NCBI RefSeq assembly: GCF_002105155.1
Contig: NW_019029022.1
Span: 310,001 to 372,185, forward strand
Direction of reading: 5' to 3'
DNA length: 62,185 bases
Origin: Lobosporangium transversale
Lineage: Eukaryota
In this document: one piece after another, positions 1-10,807 of the stretch
How the letters are laid out: each line of letters begins with the position of its first letter
Position numbering within the stretch: the first letter of the stretch is position 1
Notes under the pieces: model-generated
Told to the model about the DNA's origin: nothing
The model's input: the letters and a program-made list of their open reading frames with translations, nothing else
Database searches by the model: none
Program-made: the position numbers and the translations under genes

Positions 1-114
1 GGTTTATCTATTATGTGAATAGGACATGCCTTTCGACATATATTTTTATACGTCCATACTAAACAATGAAAGCTTTTTTTTTTTTTTTTCTAAAAAAAAA
101 AAAAAAAAAAAAAG

Positions 115-592
115 ATATTTTGAAAAACTCAAAGAAAAGGAAAAGGCTAAAAAGCTTAAGGCGCAGGAAGAAAAAGCGTACGAAGAGTTTGAGACTATCA
201 AGGATAAAGTTCGACTGAATGAAATTGCTGACGCACCACCAACTTTGACAGCACTTCCCAAAAAGCGCAAGAATGACGATTTTATGGTCAACAAACAATG
301 GAAGAATACTCCTGGAGAGGAAGATTATGATGATATAGTGGCTGAAGTTACCAATAAGGAGAAGAAGCGGAAAACCGATGCCAGTAGCGATGATCCCATG
401 TCAACTACTGCCAAGAAATCTTCGCGGCTTAAGAGTTTGACGCCTGCTGGCAGGCGTATCATTGAGGAGGAACGGAAAAAGGCCATTGAAAACTATAGAT
501 TGATGAAGGCACGGAAGGCCCTTGAAAGGGATACCGAGCTGGATGAGGATGCTATCGCAGATGATGCGGAAGCAGCAGCAGTGGGATTTTGA
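115..592 (+). CDS. Last exon of a CCDC137-like nucleolar coiled-coil protein (5' part lies outside the window)
   Basis: After an acceptor AG at 113-114 the frame reads FETIKDKVRLNEIADAPPTL...EEERKKAIENYRLMKARK, resembling the CCDC137 'D-V-F/L-E---PP-L' and 'EER--I--YR--K' motifs. Confidence 0.65.
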
Positions 593-694
593 TTTTCTTG
601 ATTTTTTTTTTTTTTTTTTTTTTTTTGAAGGATACATCTATACAATAAACAATAGTATGTCGATGTTGCATATTCGAAAAAATGGTGATATACT

Positions 695-1980
695 CTATGC
701 TCGCCGCACGTACTTTCCAGTCTCAGTATCAACCACGACTCGATCACCAATATTGACAAAATCAGGGACTTGCACCCTAATGCCATTATCAAGGTCTGCA
801 TTCTTATATACGGTTCCCTTATTGGTCTGTGCGGCTGAAGGATAGGCCTCTTTAACCACAAAGGTTGCTTGTGTCGGCAATTTGATAGAAATTGGTTGTT
901 CAGGCTCGTCGGGACCAGATTGGTAGAGAGACAAATGTACTATCATGTCTTGCTGAAGCATTGGGATCTGTTTCTCTACATGTCCCGTAATATAAGTAAT
1001 GCGAGTCGCAGGGAGAATAGAACGTTAAAGTTCAATGAAGAGAATATGAGAAAAATAAGCTTTGATCGCTGTGAAATTTACCTTCCATGACTGACTCGGA
1101 TACTTCATACATTTCAAATGTATCGGGATCCATCAGATGAATTTGACCATCATTTCTGTAGAGGAACTGACACTTGCGGTCATTTAACTCGGTCACCTCG
1201 ACCATATCATCAGATCGAAATCGCTCTGTATGCTTAGTTCCCGAAAGAAGATCTTGAAGTTCAAGCTTTTTTTTAAAAAAATAAAAAAAATAAAAATAAA
1301 AATAAAAATAAAAAAAAAACGCTTTATCTGTGAATTTCTCGTGTTGAATAATTAAGCTGGTCAATCACATCTTGGCTCATCAATCATCGCCTTTTTTACC
1401 TTGACGGTCGAAGTGCCACGTCCCATCTATTGTGGAAATTGGAAGGGAAGAGCGTGACTCCTTTGATCTTACAAAAAAAATACGATCTTCTACACACAGT
1501 TTTGTCCAAGCCCAAGTATTGTTCGATTCATTTGGTCACAATACAATTCATTGATTATATTTTAGGCTTTGAGCGATGATTAAAAGAATACCGCCAATTA
1601 TAACAAATGAAATGGACCGCGACCAAATGAGCCGGATAAAATTTCTTAGAAAAACCTCTTACAACAGATGTTTCGCGCTTAAGGACGATGGAAAGCGTGT
1701 TGTTCATTTCAACGACATATCCCTTGCGGACTTGTAGAACGTTCGTCTTGAATCCATGCTTCTGATCTTGTGCAAGAGCTCTATATACTGGGAGTGCTGA
1801 TCTCTAGAAAAAAAAAAAAAAAAAAAAAAGGTATAAAATAAAGTGAACCAACTCATATTTTTTTACGAACTTGAATTTACAATCCCATTAGCAGTGGTAT
1901 CTTGTTCTTACCTGCAAAGCGATAGTTTGACGGCTATGACAAAGTCCAAGAGCCGCTCTGAAGATTCGTGAACGAAGCAT
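695..1980 (-). CDS. efp: Mitochondrially targeted bacterial-type elongation factor P (5 exons)
   Basis: Exons 1980-1912, 1803-1663, 1426-1400, 1265-1082 and 975-695 join in frame with GT-AG introns. They give MLRSRIFRAALGLCHSRQ... (presequence-like), VRKGYVVEMNN, MGRGTSTVK-LELQDLLSG, QFLY...HLMDPDTFE and YKNADLDNGIRVQVPDFVNIGDRVVVDTETGKYVRRA, covering all three EF-P domains. Confidence 0.92.
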
Positions 1981-2191
1981 GCTTGGTTAATGTGAAATGT
2001 AAAGTCAAGGAAACAAATGTGGCGCAAACATGTCAGGACGGTTTTAATATTTACACTAAATAATCGATCACTGCTCAGCTCAAAGCCCACATTATTAAAT
2101 CTGATCCCCTTCCAACTGCATTCATCCTTAACCTGACTGTCATTCATATACCTTGCCTTATATACTCCAGTCTCTAAGCATAAGGAACTTC

Positions 2192-5122
2192 ATGGAAGAC
2201 GATAATAACAGCGCTAATTCTCTCAAGAGATCCAATGAGGATGTGGACATGCCTGAGGAAGATTCAGCACGAACATCAATAGACAAGGATGAAAATCAAG
2301 CAAAGAAGCAACGCGTTGATCACTCAACAGAGGCAACAGCAGATGAGTCCGCTACAATGGATGGAATAAAAAAAGAAAGTTCAGCTGAACAAGGTATATT
2401 TTTTCCAATCATGATTCCAAAATGCTAAAAAAAAAAAAAAAAAAAAGTACGGATTGCTAACACCACCAAACCATCTTGCAATAATGAAAACATTTAAAAA
2501 GAGGCGTCAAACGAAGTAAATGATTCAGAAGAGACATCAACTGAAGTAAATAATTCGAAAGAGGTATCGTTCGAAACAAAAGATCCTCAAACGGGGCTCA
2601 CGTCCTCGCAAACAGCAGCACTTGAACTGGCAAAGCAGTATGCAAGAGAAGTCCAGGAGGAGGTATTGCTAAAAGAAAAAAAGAAAAAAAATAAAATAAA
2701 TTAGCCCTGATATATGACGCTTCTGTCTTTTTTTTTTTTTTTTTTTTTTTTTTGAAAGGGCGTGTGTTAATTCATTAAGAACGATCTTAATCTTTGATAG
2801 TTGGTTAAATCTGGAGCGCTAACGTCTGCAACGGAACCGGAGCCATCGCTCGCTACAGCTAATGTTGTAGAGCAGCGTAAATCACTTTGCAGAGTCTACG
2901 TTGGATCGATCTCGTTTGAAGCATCGGAAGAGGATGTTCGGCAAAAGCTTGGTCGCTTTGGAGCCATCAGAGAGCTGGTGCTTAAGGTCGATCCAACAAC
3001 AGGAAAGCACCGTGGTTTTTGTTTTGTTGAATATGAGCTTCCCGAAGCTGCTATCTTGGCAGTTCAAGCTTCAGAGTCTGTGGATGTAGGTGGTCGACAT
3101 ATCAAAATAGGAAGACCCAAAAACTATGATGCCAGTGTCATCAACGATCTGCCCGAACCACCAGAGAATAGGATTTATGTTGCCAACATTGGATCTCTGG
3201 TCTCAGAAATGGATCTAGCAGGGATTTTCGCTGCTTTTGGAGAGGTTGAGACCTGTGTTTTGACGGTAAGGATAAAAAGCAATAGTGATTGTAATATAAA
3301 ATCTGCGAGTTTAAGCGTTCTCACAATCTTTTCTGTCCACTATGTCTAGCCTGATCCAGTCACACGGAAACATAAAGGATACGGGTAAGAACGATGGTGA
3401 TACAACAAAGAGTCTGGAATGAAAAAATGATCTGCTCGTCATGACGGGCTACGGATGAAAAGCACTGTTATTACGGAACATTCTTGGACCAGAGCAACCA
3501 CTGGTCACGATGGGATAGAAAATGAAGCATGCTGGCTCTTTTTTATAACTTATTTTATTCCAATGACGACGTCCATGCTCATTCGATTTTTTATCAACAT
3601 GCTTCTTCTTTCCGTTGGACCCGACTCCTTTTTTTATCTTTTTTATTTTATTTTATTTTATCTTTTTTTTTTTTTTTTTTTTTTTTTTTTGTCTTTATTC
3701 TTTTTTGTTATTGTTGTGTGTGTTTTTTACCCGTCTCACCTTGGTGGTGGCCGCGCCTCCTGGACCGATGCATATTGCTTATGGTGTTCGCGTACATGTA
3801 TATCATTAAGGTCTCGCCCTTCGAGTCATGCTTCGGTCTTTTTTCGGCCATGGAAATCCACCGCCTCCTCTGGAATCGTCGTGTCGCATCATTGAGCTAT
3901 GGATCCGTGGCTCGTAGACAATCGGTTTGGAGAATTATCATTCATAACTTGTGATACGGAAATCCATTCGTCAAATCACACCAGAGTCTGACCGTTTATG
4001 CTTCCTATTCTTTTTTTATTATATCCTACCTCCTATTTCCTACTTTTTTTTTTTGTTTTTTTCCTTTTCTCCTCTATATTTCTGCTCATCCTCTTTATGC
4101 ACCGTAAAACAAAAGGAAGAAAAAATTGTCGGTCGTAGAACTCTGATCGAATTCATTATGGCTTATAATGGTAGCGTGTGAACTAACTCATTCCCACTGG
4201 ACCTCTTTATGGATTATAGATATGTTCAGTTTAAGTCTGGAACCAATGTTGATACTCTAGTTGAATCTATGAAAGGCTTTATGTTACTGGATATGCCCAT
4301 GGGAGTTTGCAAAGCTCTTGTTGGTGGCCCTCTTCCTGAGGGCATGAAAGCACTGGAACACATGCCTCCAGTTACTCCCGTTACTTCAACGCCGGCTCAA
4401 TCTCGCGTCGCGCCTCCAGCTGCGCCTTCTCCAGCAAGTAAGGTTTCTTTTTTATTTCTTTTTGACTGTTGCTATAAATGGTATGTAGACTAAAAGCTCT
4501 TCTTACTTTATTCATTTGTTATTTTCAGTGATAGCAAAGGCTACAGCGACTGCAGCCTCTACAGCCCAACGGTTGGTTGCAATGGGTCAGTCCTCAGTAA
4601 TGAATGGTGATAGAGAATCAGTAGCCTCAGAAGAGAATATGAGCATTAGTGGAAATCAAAGGTATATGGTCATGCAGAGCCTTGCCCGGAGTGGAGGTAT
4701 TGTGCCACCTGCGACATCTCAGGAGCCGTCTGTACAGCCCACTGTGGTTCGGTTACAATATAGCGCCACCCCCGCTGATATTGATGATCAACTTGAAGAG
4801 GAATTTCGTGAAGAATGTAGTAAGTATGGCCCTGTTGTTCGAGTTCAATTGTTACCACTCCTTGAAGGGCTTCTGCGTATCTTTATCGAGTTTGTGTCAC
4901 CTATTGGTAAGTTGTTTTATCTCCCTTCCAGAGATTCTGGTTTTTTTTATTATTATTACTTTTTTTAGCGTTTTAATTAACATTTTTAGCATTTGTGTGT
5001 TTTTGCATGTAACAGATGCACGATCGGCTTCTGTACAACTTCATGGTCGACAGTTTGATGGTAAAACAATTCAAGCAACGCTGTTTGACCCTAAAGAGTA
5101 TGCTGCTGGCCGTCTTGTTTAG
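2192..5122 (+). CDS. PUF60: Poly(U)-binding splicing factor PUF60/Half-pint homolog (RRM-RRM-UHM)
   Basis: Motifs CRVYVGSISFE, KHRGFCFVEYELPEAA, IKIGRP, NRIYVANI, KHKGYGYVQF, EENMSISGNQRYMVMQSL and a C-terminal UHM (EEFREECSKYG...LHGRQFDGK). Exons are about 2192-2393, 2502-2662, 2801-3266, 3350-3384, 4220-4441, 4529-4906 and 5015-5122. Confidence 0.88.
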
Positions 5123-5560
5123 AATGAAAAGAAAAAATATTAAAAAAAAAAAAAAAAAAAAAATGCATGGGTTATTCTTTGTTTTATTATTTTTTGGTAC
5201 CGCATACCATTCACTACGAGAACGAACCACCATCGGCTCCTGTCTTGTTAGAAAATCTAATGCTTTGCCTGAGTTACGTTCATCGAATATGTAACTCTGG
5301 TTGAAAGAAAAGTAGTACACTATAATTTTGCAGAACGCCTGTTAAAGAAATGCTTTTCTTGTGCTTATGAACATGCGGTTTACTGCATTGTACCAGGGCC
5401 ACAAGTCTTCCATCCTGCGATGGCAACATACTCTGTGCGCGAGGTACTCATGACCGTATTCAGTATCCCTACAGTTGGTTTTAAAACATTATTTGGTGCA
5501 TAAAACGTATGCTGCTTTGACCCACAAGATTAGACAAAGCTTCATGCCCTTCTACAGTCT

Positions 5561-6318
5561 CAGGCTCGTCACCAGCCTGAGGTCGAAGCCACGTGCTGCG
5601 AATGAACGTGCTGCAAGGCGGAATTACCTGTTGAGGCAATTTGTGCCGCTCTTGCCGAAGCTTCTTACTCAGGCTGGGATGGTGCAAATTCACGTCTGAG
5701 TCGTTCGACTCGAAGCATGCTTTTAGAAAGCCCTTGAGAGTAAGCCTGTGCTTTTCCATATTCTGGAAGATCTTAGCTAGTGTCTGATCAATATTTGTCT
5801 TCCTTCTGCTTCGTATTTGTTACAAACTTCACTTTTGTTGCTTTTATTTTTATTTTTTTTATCTTTAATTTCTGAATAGCAAAGTTAGGATGCAAGAGTG
5901 TTGGTGGGGATGAGAGAGGAGAAAAGAGCGTGAGAACAGTGAATGCATACAGTAATTGTCATTTATGTTGAAGCGTGCGGGCAGGGTAGTGCTCATAGTG
6001 TGAAGACGACAATATTTGGCAAGGAAAAAAATTGTATGAACTCGTATATGTTTTTCGACTTCAAAAAAAAAATTTGGAGAAAAAAAATTGCAGCATCTTT
6101 TTCAAATTTTTTTTTTTTTTGACCGTTAGAACATTTGAACTCCCATATGTTTTTCAACTTCAAAAAAATTTTGAAAAAAAAAAAATTTGTAACGTTGTCC
6201 CCAGCCTGAGTAAGAAGCTTCGGCAAGAGCGGCCACAAATTGCCTCAACAGGTAATTCCGCCTTGCAGCACGTTCATTCGTAGCACGTGGCTTCGACCTC
6301 AGGCTGGTGACGAGCCTA
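5561..6318. mobile_element. Non-autonomous DNA transposon with ~118-bp terminal inverted repeats
   Basis: 5561-5678 (caggctcgtcaccagcctgaggtcg...ctcaggctggg) is the near-perfect reverse complement of ~6200-6318 (cccagcctgag...caggctggtgacgagccta). A flanking direct repeat acagtct(c) lies at 5554-5560 and 6319-6325. Confidence 0.9.
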
Positions 6319-6435
6319 ACAGTCTCTACATTTGCTTAGCCCAGAAATTAAGGGGCGCGCCCAATCATAGCTCTATGTAACAACTTTTTTCTTAAAAAAA
6401 AAAAAAAAAAAACCATTCATGCAATAAAAAAGATC

Positions 6436-7751
6436 ATGCCCGAATCGCCTCCAGTACCATCTGACAAAGAATCCAGACGACAATCATCCCCTGAATCACG
6501 ATCACGATGGCGATCACGCTCACGTTCTCCTCGTTCTGAGCGGCGCAGGAGCGATAGTATCGAAGATAGAGAGAGGGAGAAGCGACGTCGAAGATATTCA
6601 CGCTCACGATCTCCACGATCACGTTCACGTTCGCCGAGGAGGAGGTCCAGATCTAGATCACCAGCTCGTAATCGTTCATATGATGGCTCACGCCCAAGGT
6701 CGCCGCAGGATGATCGCGTAGAATATGGGCGGGGCGGCCGAGACGAACGAGACGGAGGACGAGGACGAGGACGAGGACGAGGAAGCAGTGCAGGAGATCG
6801 TGGCCGTGGCCGTGGCCGTGGCGGCGGACCTAGGCATGAATCTACATTCAGAAGCGGATCAGGAGGATCAAGTCAAAATGAGGTTTGGGGTGCTCATATG
6901 AAAGCAGAGGAAGAGGCTGAAAAGAAAAAGAAGCCGGTGGTTGCTGAAGAAGATAAAGAGAAGCCCAATTTTGGTTTATCGGGAGCATTAGCAGCAGAAA
7001 CCAACACGACTGTAAATGGAGTTTTGCTGAAGTACAACGAGCCGCCTGAAGCACGGAAACCCAAGCAACGATGGAGACTGTATGTTTTCAAGGGCGATAA
7101 GGAAATTGGTAATATAAGTTTTTATTTACTTTATTCTTCTCTGTGCTAATGTGAAGTTTTAAACAGCATGCACTGACTTTTTTTTTTTTTTTTTTTTTTT
7201 TTGCCTGATCGCTTTAGATCTTCTCCATATTCACCGACAAAGTGCATTTCTATTCGGAAGAGATCGTAATGTAGGTGTCTTCATGCTTCTTATGCCTTTA
7301 TTCTCCATAAAATTCCGTATTCCTAACAAGAACATTGTATTAATGCAAGGTGACATATAATCCTAACTTTTTGATTACAGGTTGTAGATATTCCCATCGA
7401 CCATCCATCATGCTCTAAACAGCATGCTGTGCTGCAATTCCGTCAGATCGTAGAAACGGATGCGTTAGGTCAAGCATCGAGAAGCACAAAGTATGCAATA
7501 TCAATGGACTTGACTTTGATCTCTTTTATAAGATCTTCCTTAAATAACCGCACTGCTAACTCTATTATACCTTTTCCTCTTTCTCTTTTGTAAGACCATT
7601 CATTATCGATTTAGAATCTGCAAATGGAACGTTTGTGAATGGCGTTCAAATACCGCCAACACGCTACTATGAGCTCAAACTTTCAGATGTAATCAAATTT
7701 GGTGCCAGCACTAGAGAGTTTGTGCTTCTTCATGAAAACGTCGACACATAA
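6436..7751 (+). CDS. SNIP1: SNIP1/Pml1 (RES complex) RS-rich FHA-domain protein
   Basis: RS-rich N-terminus, then KPNFGLSGALAAETNT, LKYNEPPEARKP and WRLYVFKG; later exons encode FGRDR, DHPSCSKQHAVLQFR and DLESANGTFVNG. Four exons. Confidence 0.93.
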
Positions 7752-7825
7752 TATAAATATCAATAAAAAAAAATAGGCTGTCATTTGTATATTAGGGTTT
7801 AGATAAGGCAAAAGAAATGAATGGT

Positions 7826-8947
7826 CTAAAGTATTACAGCCTGATCAGGCATGCCTGGGAAAGGGAGCACTTTGTAGGTTGTAACGTATGTGCAGAACCA
7901 GAACAGCATGCCAAAGAATAAACCTGTTGTCTTCTCCATTAGATGATGATAATACACGCTTGTCATCAACAGCATCCAGCACCACAAACTACAGAGGCCG
8001 ATAACGCTCCAGACCGCATATTTGGCAGATGTACGATTTCGTAATGCAGTCCATGCCTCGGGAACATTCAGGAAGACTGATAGCTCTTCCATCAAGAATA
8101 GGCACGCATGAGATAACAAGAACATATGACCAGAGATATCAATTCCCCCAGACCAGTGACCGCCTTGGCGTCTGCAATTATACTGTGACCAATGGCCATC
8201 AACCGAGCATGTACCACCAGTGAGAACGAAAAAGCGATCAAACAAGCCAGGTCCGAAAAACCATTGTGAGATCAACCACCAGTACAGAGTGGCCAGGCCC
8301 CATCTGAATAAGGCTTTGGCAAAGGTATTAACGGGGATTTGAGCGCTTTCTATACTACCACGAGGAGGCAGGTTGGTTCCAACCATGGATTGAGGTTCTT
8401 GATCCACCTGTACATTTTGGAAGGCAGAAATGGATAATCCTGCATTGACAAAGTCCTGCTCTTGAGGTCGCAGCACATTGCCTTCCACTTGATCTAAGCC
8501 TGAGGCATTGTTGCTTTGAGATTGTTCTTGACGGAATACTGCTTTCCCAAAGACGACTGCCAAATATATCAGAAAAACCACCGATGTCCATCCCCACCCA
8601 TTTTTGACAAACAATACATTCAAAAGGTTACGCTTGTTGGAAAAATACGAAGGACGATCACCGCCGATAGTGCCGAACAACGATCCAAGGACAAGGGCGA
8701 TTGGGAAAAAGAAACATAAAAATTGATACGGAAGAAGATACTGAGAGAAAATTGTTTCAGGCGGTGACAACGATGACGATAGCGATGACGATGACGATGA
8801 CGGTGCTGAAGTCAGACTGTTGTTTGTGAGTTCATGAGCAACAGCTGTTTGCATCGGAATGGGTGAATCAGGTGCTCGGTCTCGTGCAGAGAATGGGATA
8901 TTACCCTCTAAAGGGGGTTTCCGTTGGTGTATTGATGAGTACTCCAT
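7826..8947 (-). CDS. SCS3: FIT family acyl-CoA diphosphatase Scs3/FITM2
   Basis: Single 373-aa ORF with SYFSNKRNLLNVLFVKNGWGWT, GGIDISGHMFLL, LMEEL and TSVYYHHLMEK motifs. Confidence 0.92.
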   Translation of the reverse strand: MEYSSIHQRKPPLEGNIPFSARDRAPDSPIPMQTAVAHELTNNSLTSAPSSSSSSLSSSLSPPETIFSQYLLPYQFLCFFFPIALVLGSLFGTIGGDRPSYFSNKRNLLNVLFVKNGWGWTSVVFLIYLAVVFGKAVFRQEQSQSNNASGLDQVEGNVLRPQEQDFVNAGLSISAFQNVQVDQEPQSMVGTNLPPRGSIESAQIPVNTFAKALFRWGLATLYWWLISQWFFGPGLFDRFFVLTGGTCSVDGHWSQYNCRRQGGHWSGGIDISGHMFLLSHACLFLMEELSVFLNVPEAWTALRNRTSAKYAVWSVIGLCSLWCWMLLMTSVYYHHLMEKTTGLFFGMLFWFCTYVTTYKVLPFPGMPDQAVIL

Positions 8948-9059
8948 GGAAGGGATTAATTAGTCAAGGATTGAATAGAGAAGAGGCTTTCTAAAAGTCT
9001 AAAGAGAGTGAAGGGATAGAATAACGTTTTTTTTTTTTGGTTTTTTATGGAGTGGCCAC

Positions 9060-10720
9060 CTCTAGCACGTGCCAAAACATTCCTTGGCATTTGAGTCTGA
9101 ATTAATGACAAATTCCTAAAACAGGACATCGTGGGGGATCGATATACGTGGAGAATAACTAGGTGTTATTCATCTTGAGGTCTCCCTTCCAAAGCTTTCT
9201 TTCGATGAGAATCCATCTCATCCCTCTCGGCTAGTTTCACCAGGCTTCATCATAAAAATCTGGAGCATTTCATTCTTCCAGCTTCCATATCTCTAAGTCG
9301 CAGCTGTTTCCCCCGCCGTCAAATCTTGGTCTTTTGGCAAGCCTGCCTCGCACAAACGAAACTCATTGGCTCACTAACAAAGTATCTTTGGCGAAGCAGT
9401 TGTGGTTCGAGCAATTGTCGAAGGCCCAATCATCATCATATTGAAATACTTCTTCTATCGCTTTCTCGAACTATTTAGCGACGTCTTCACCACCTCAGTA
9501 TCTACAGCTCTTCTTCTTTGGACAGATTATCTCTCCTGCATCCGCTGACCATTGATGAACACTCATGACTTTTCTTTCTCAATGTCAGTTCTATCAATGA
9601 TGCTAAATAATACTTTCACCTTCATTTGAGTGGAATATCCTCTCGTCATGAACATGGACATCCGCCATCTGTTAAAGTTGAGTCTTCTAGTATAGTCAAC
9701 TCAGCCTCCTTTGCTCTTATTGTTCGTTTCTCTATTTCTTTTAATTGCTGAAGAAAATGCATTTTATCTTGAACAACATCTGGTCTTTCATGACCGTCAA
9801 TAATAGCACTTCCTTTACTGCAGAATACACCCAGCCTAATACTCAAGGATAACGACGGATCGTGTTTTCTCCTACTGTTCTTTTTGTTCCGAGTGAGGAA
9901 AAGAGCTCCGAATCCAGTTGGTTTTGAAGGATATGTGCCGTGATTATTTATTTGTGGTTTTCGTGGATCCATGACCGCAGTTTTGGAAAAATATCATTGT
10001 CCGTCAGTAGATCCCTGACCTATAGATACTTTCCCCCGCTTCGAAAGACTCGCTATTCTATTGGTTTCCCACTGTTCACGTCGCTCGATAAGACAACAGC
10101 CAAAGTATTTAGAGCGGCCAGGGTTTTTGCAATAGTTTTGTTAGTGTGAATCCTGAATCTGGTTAAATCATCTACCAGCTCAACTTTTTTTTTTTTTTTT
10201 TTATAAAAATGGGAATGGAAAAGAGATATCGTTTAGTAACAAATCGTTGTGGTAAGTTAAGAGGAGCTTCAAAATGATAAATATAAGAGAATTTACGAAC
10301 ATATTATTACTGCCTATCATAAGGAGCAATATTCCAGTTGTATTCTTTGGGGATTCCTTTGACATCGCAGTAAAACCAGAAGAAGCGAGAGATCAGGCAC
10401 CCATGGCAGCCGATTTGAGTTTCTGATTCTTATGAAATAATGCGTATCACAAAATACTTGAATACACTTTTGTGATCCCCCACGTCCTTGGCTGCTTCTT
10501 GCATCTGGGGCTGCAGTTTCGACCAGAAATCGTTCTCAGAGCACATCTTACTAATCCAATCTTCCTCTTCAGTCTCGTCCCCAGATCTCCTCCATTCTCT
10601 GGCTCGTTGTTAATATCAGTCCGGTTCTTATATTCTGAGGCAGCTCTGACTCTTTTTCGAGTTGGAGGCGGCTAAAATCTCCATTAACTGGCTCATTGAC
10701 GACATCCGTTTGCAAATCCT
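9060..10720 (-). pseudogene. Decayed DDE (IS630/Tc1-mariner-like) transposase
   Basis: Minus-strand fragments broken by stops and frameshifts: RDLLTDNDIFPKLRSWI, IIDGHERPDVVQDKMHFL, VHDERIFHSNEG, GEIICPKK, WAFDNCSNHNCFAKDTL and GGKQLRLRD. Their order matches a common fungal DDE transposase family. Boundaries are approximate. Confidence 0.75.
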
Positions 10721-10767
10721 ACGAAGCTATCTCTGAACCTTGTTCTATTTCATTAAGTCTGTGTTGC

Positions 10768-10807
<40 letters not shown>

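Noticed and set aside
3455..3954. Plus-strand Phe-rich ORFs (146 and 141 aa) as membrane proteins
   Set aside because: Their hydrophobicity comes from intronic poly-T runs inside the PUF60 intron.
5475..6283. ORFs sharing PLLPKLLTQAG or HPSLSKKLRQER as duplicated genes
   Set aside because: They are translations of the two TIR copies of the transposon.
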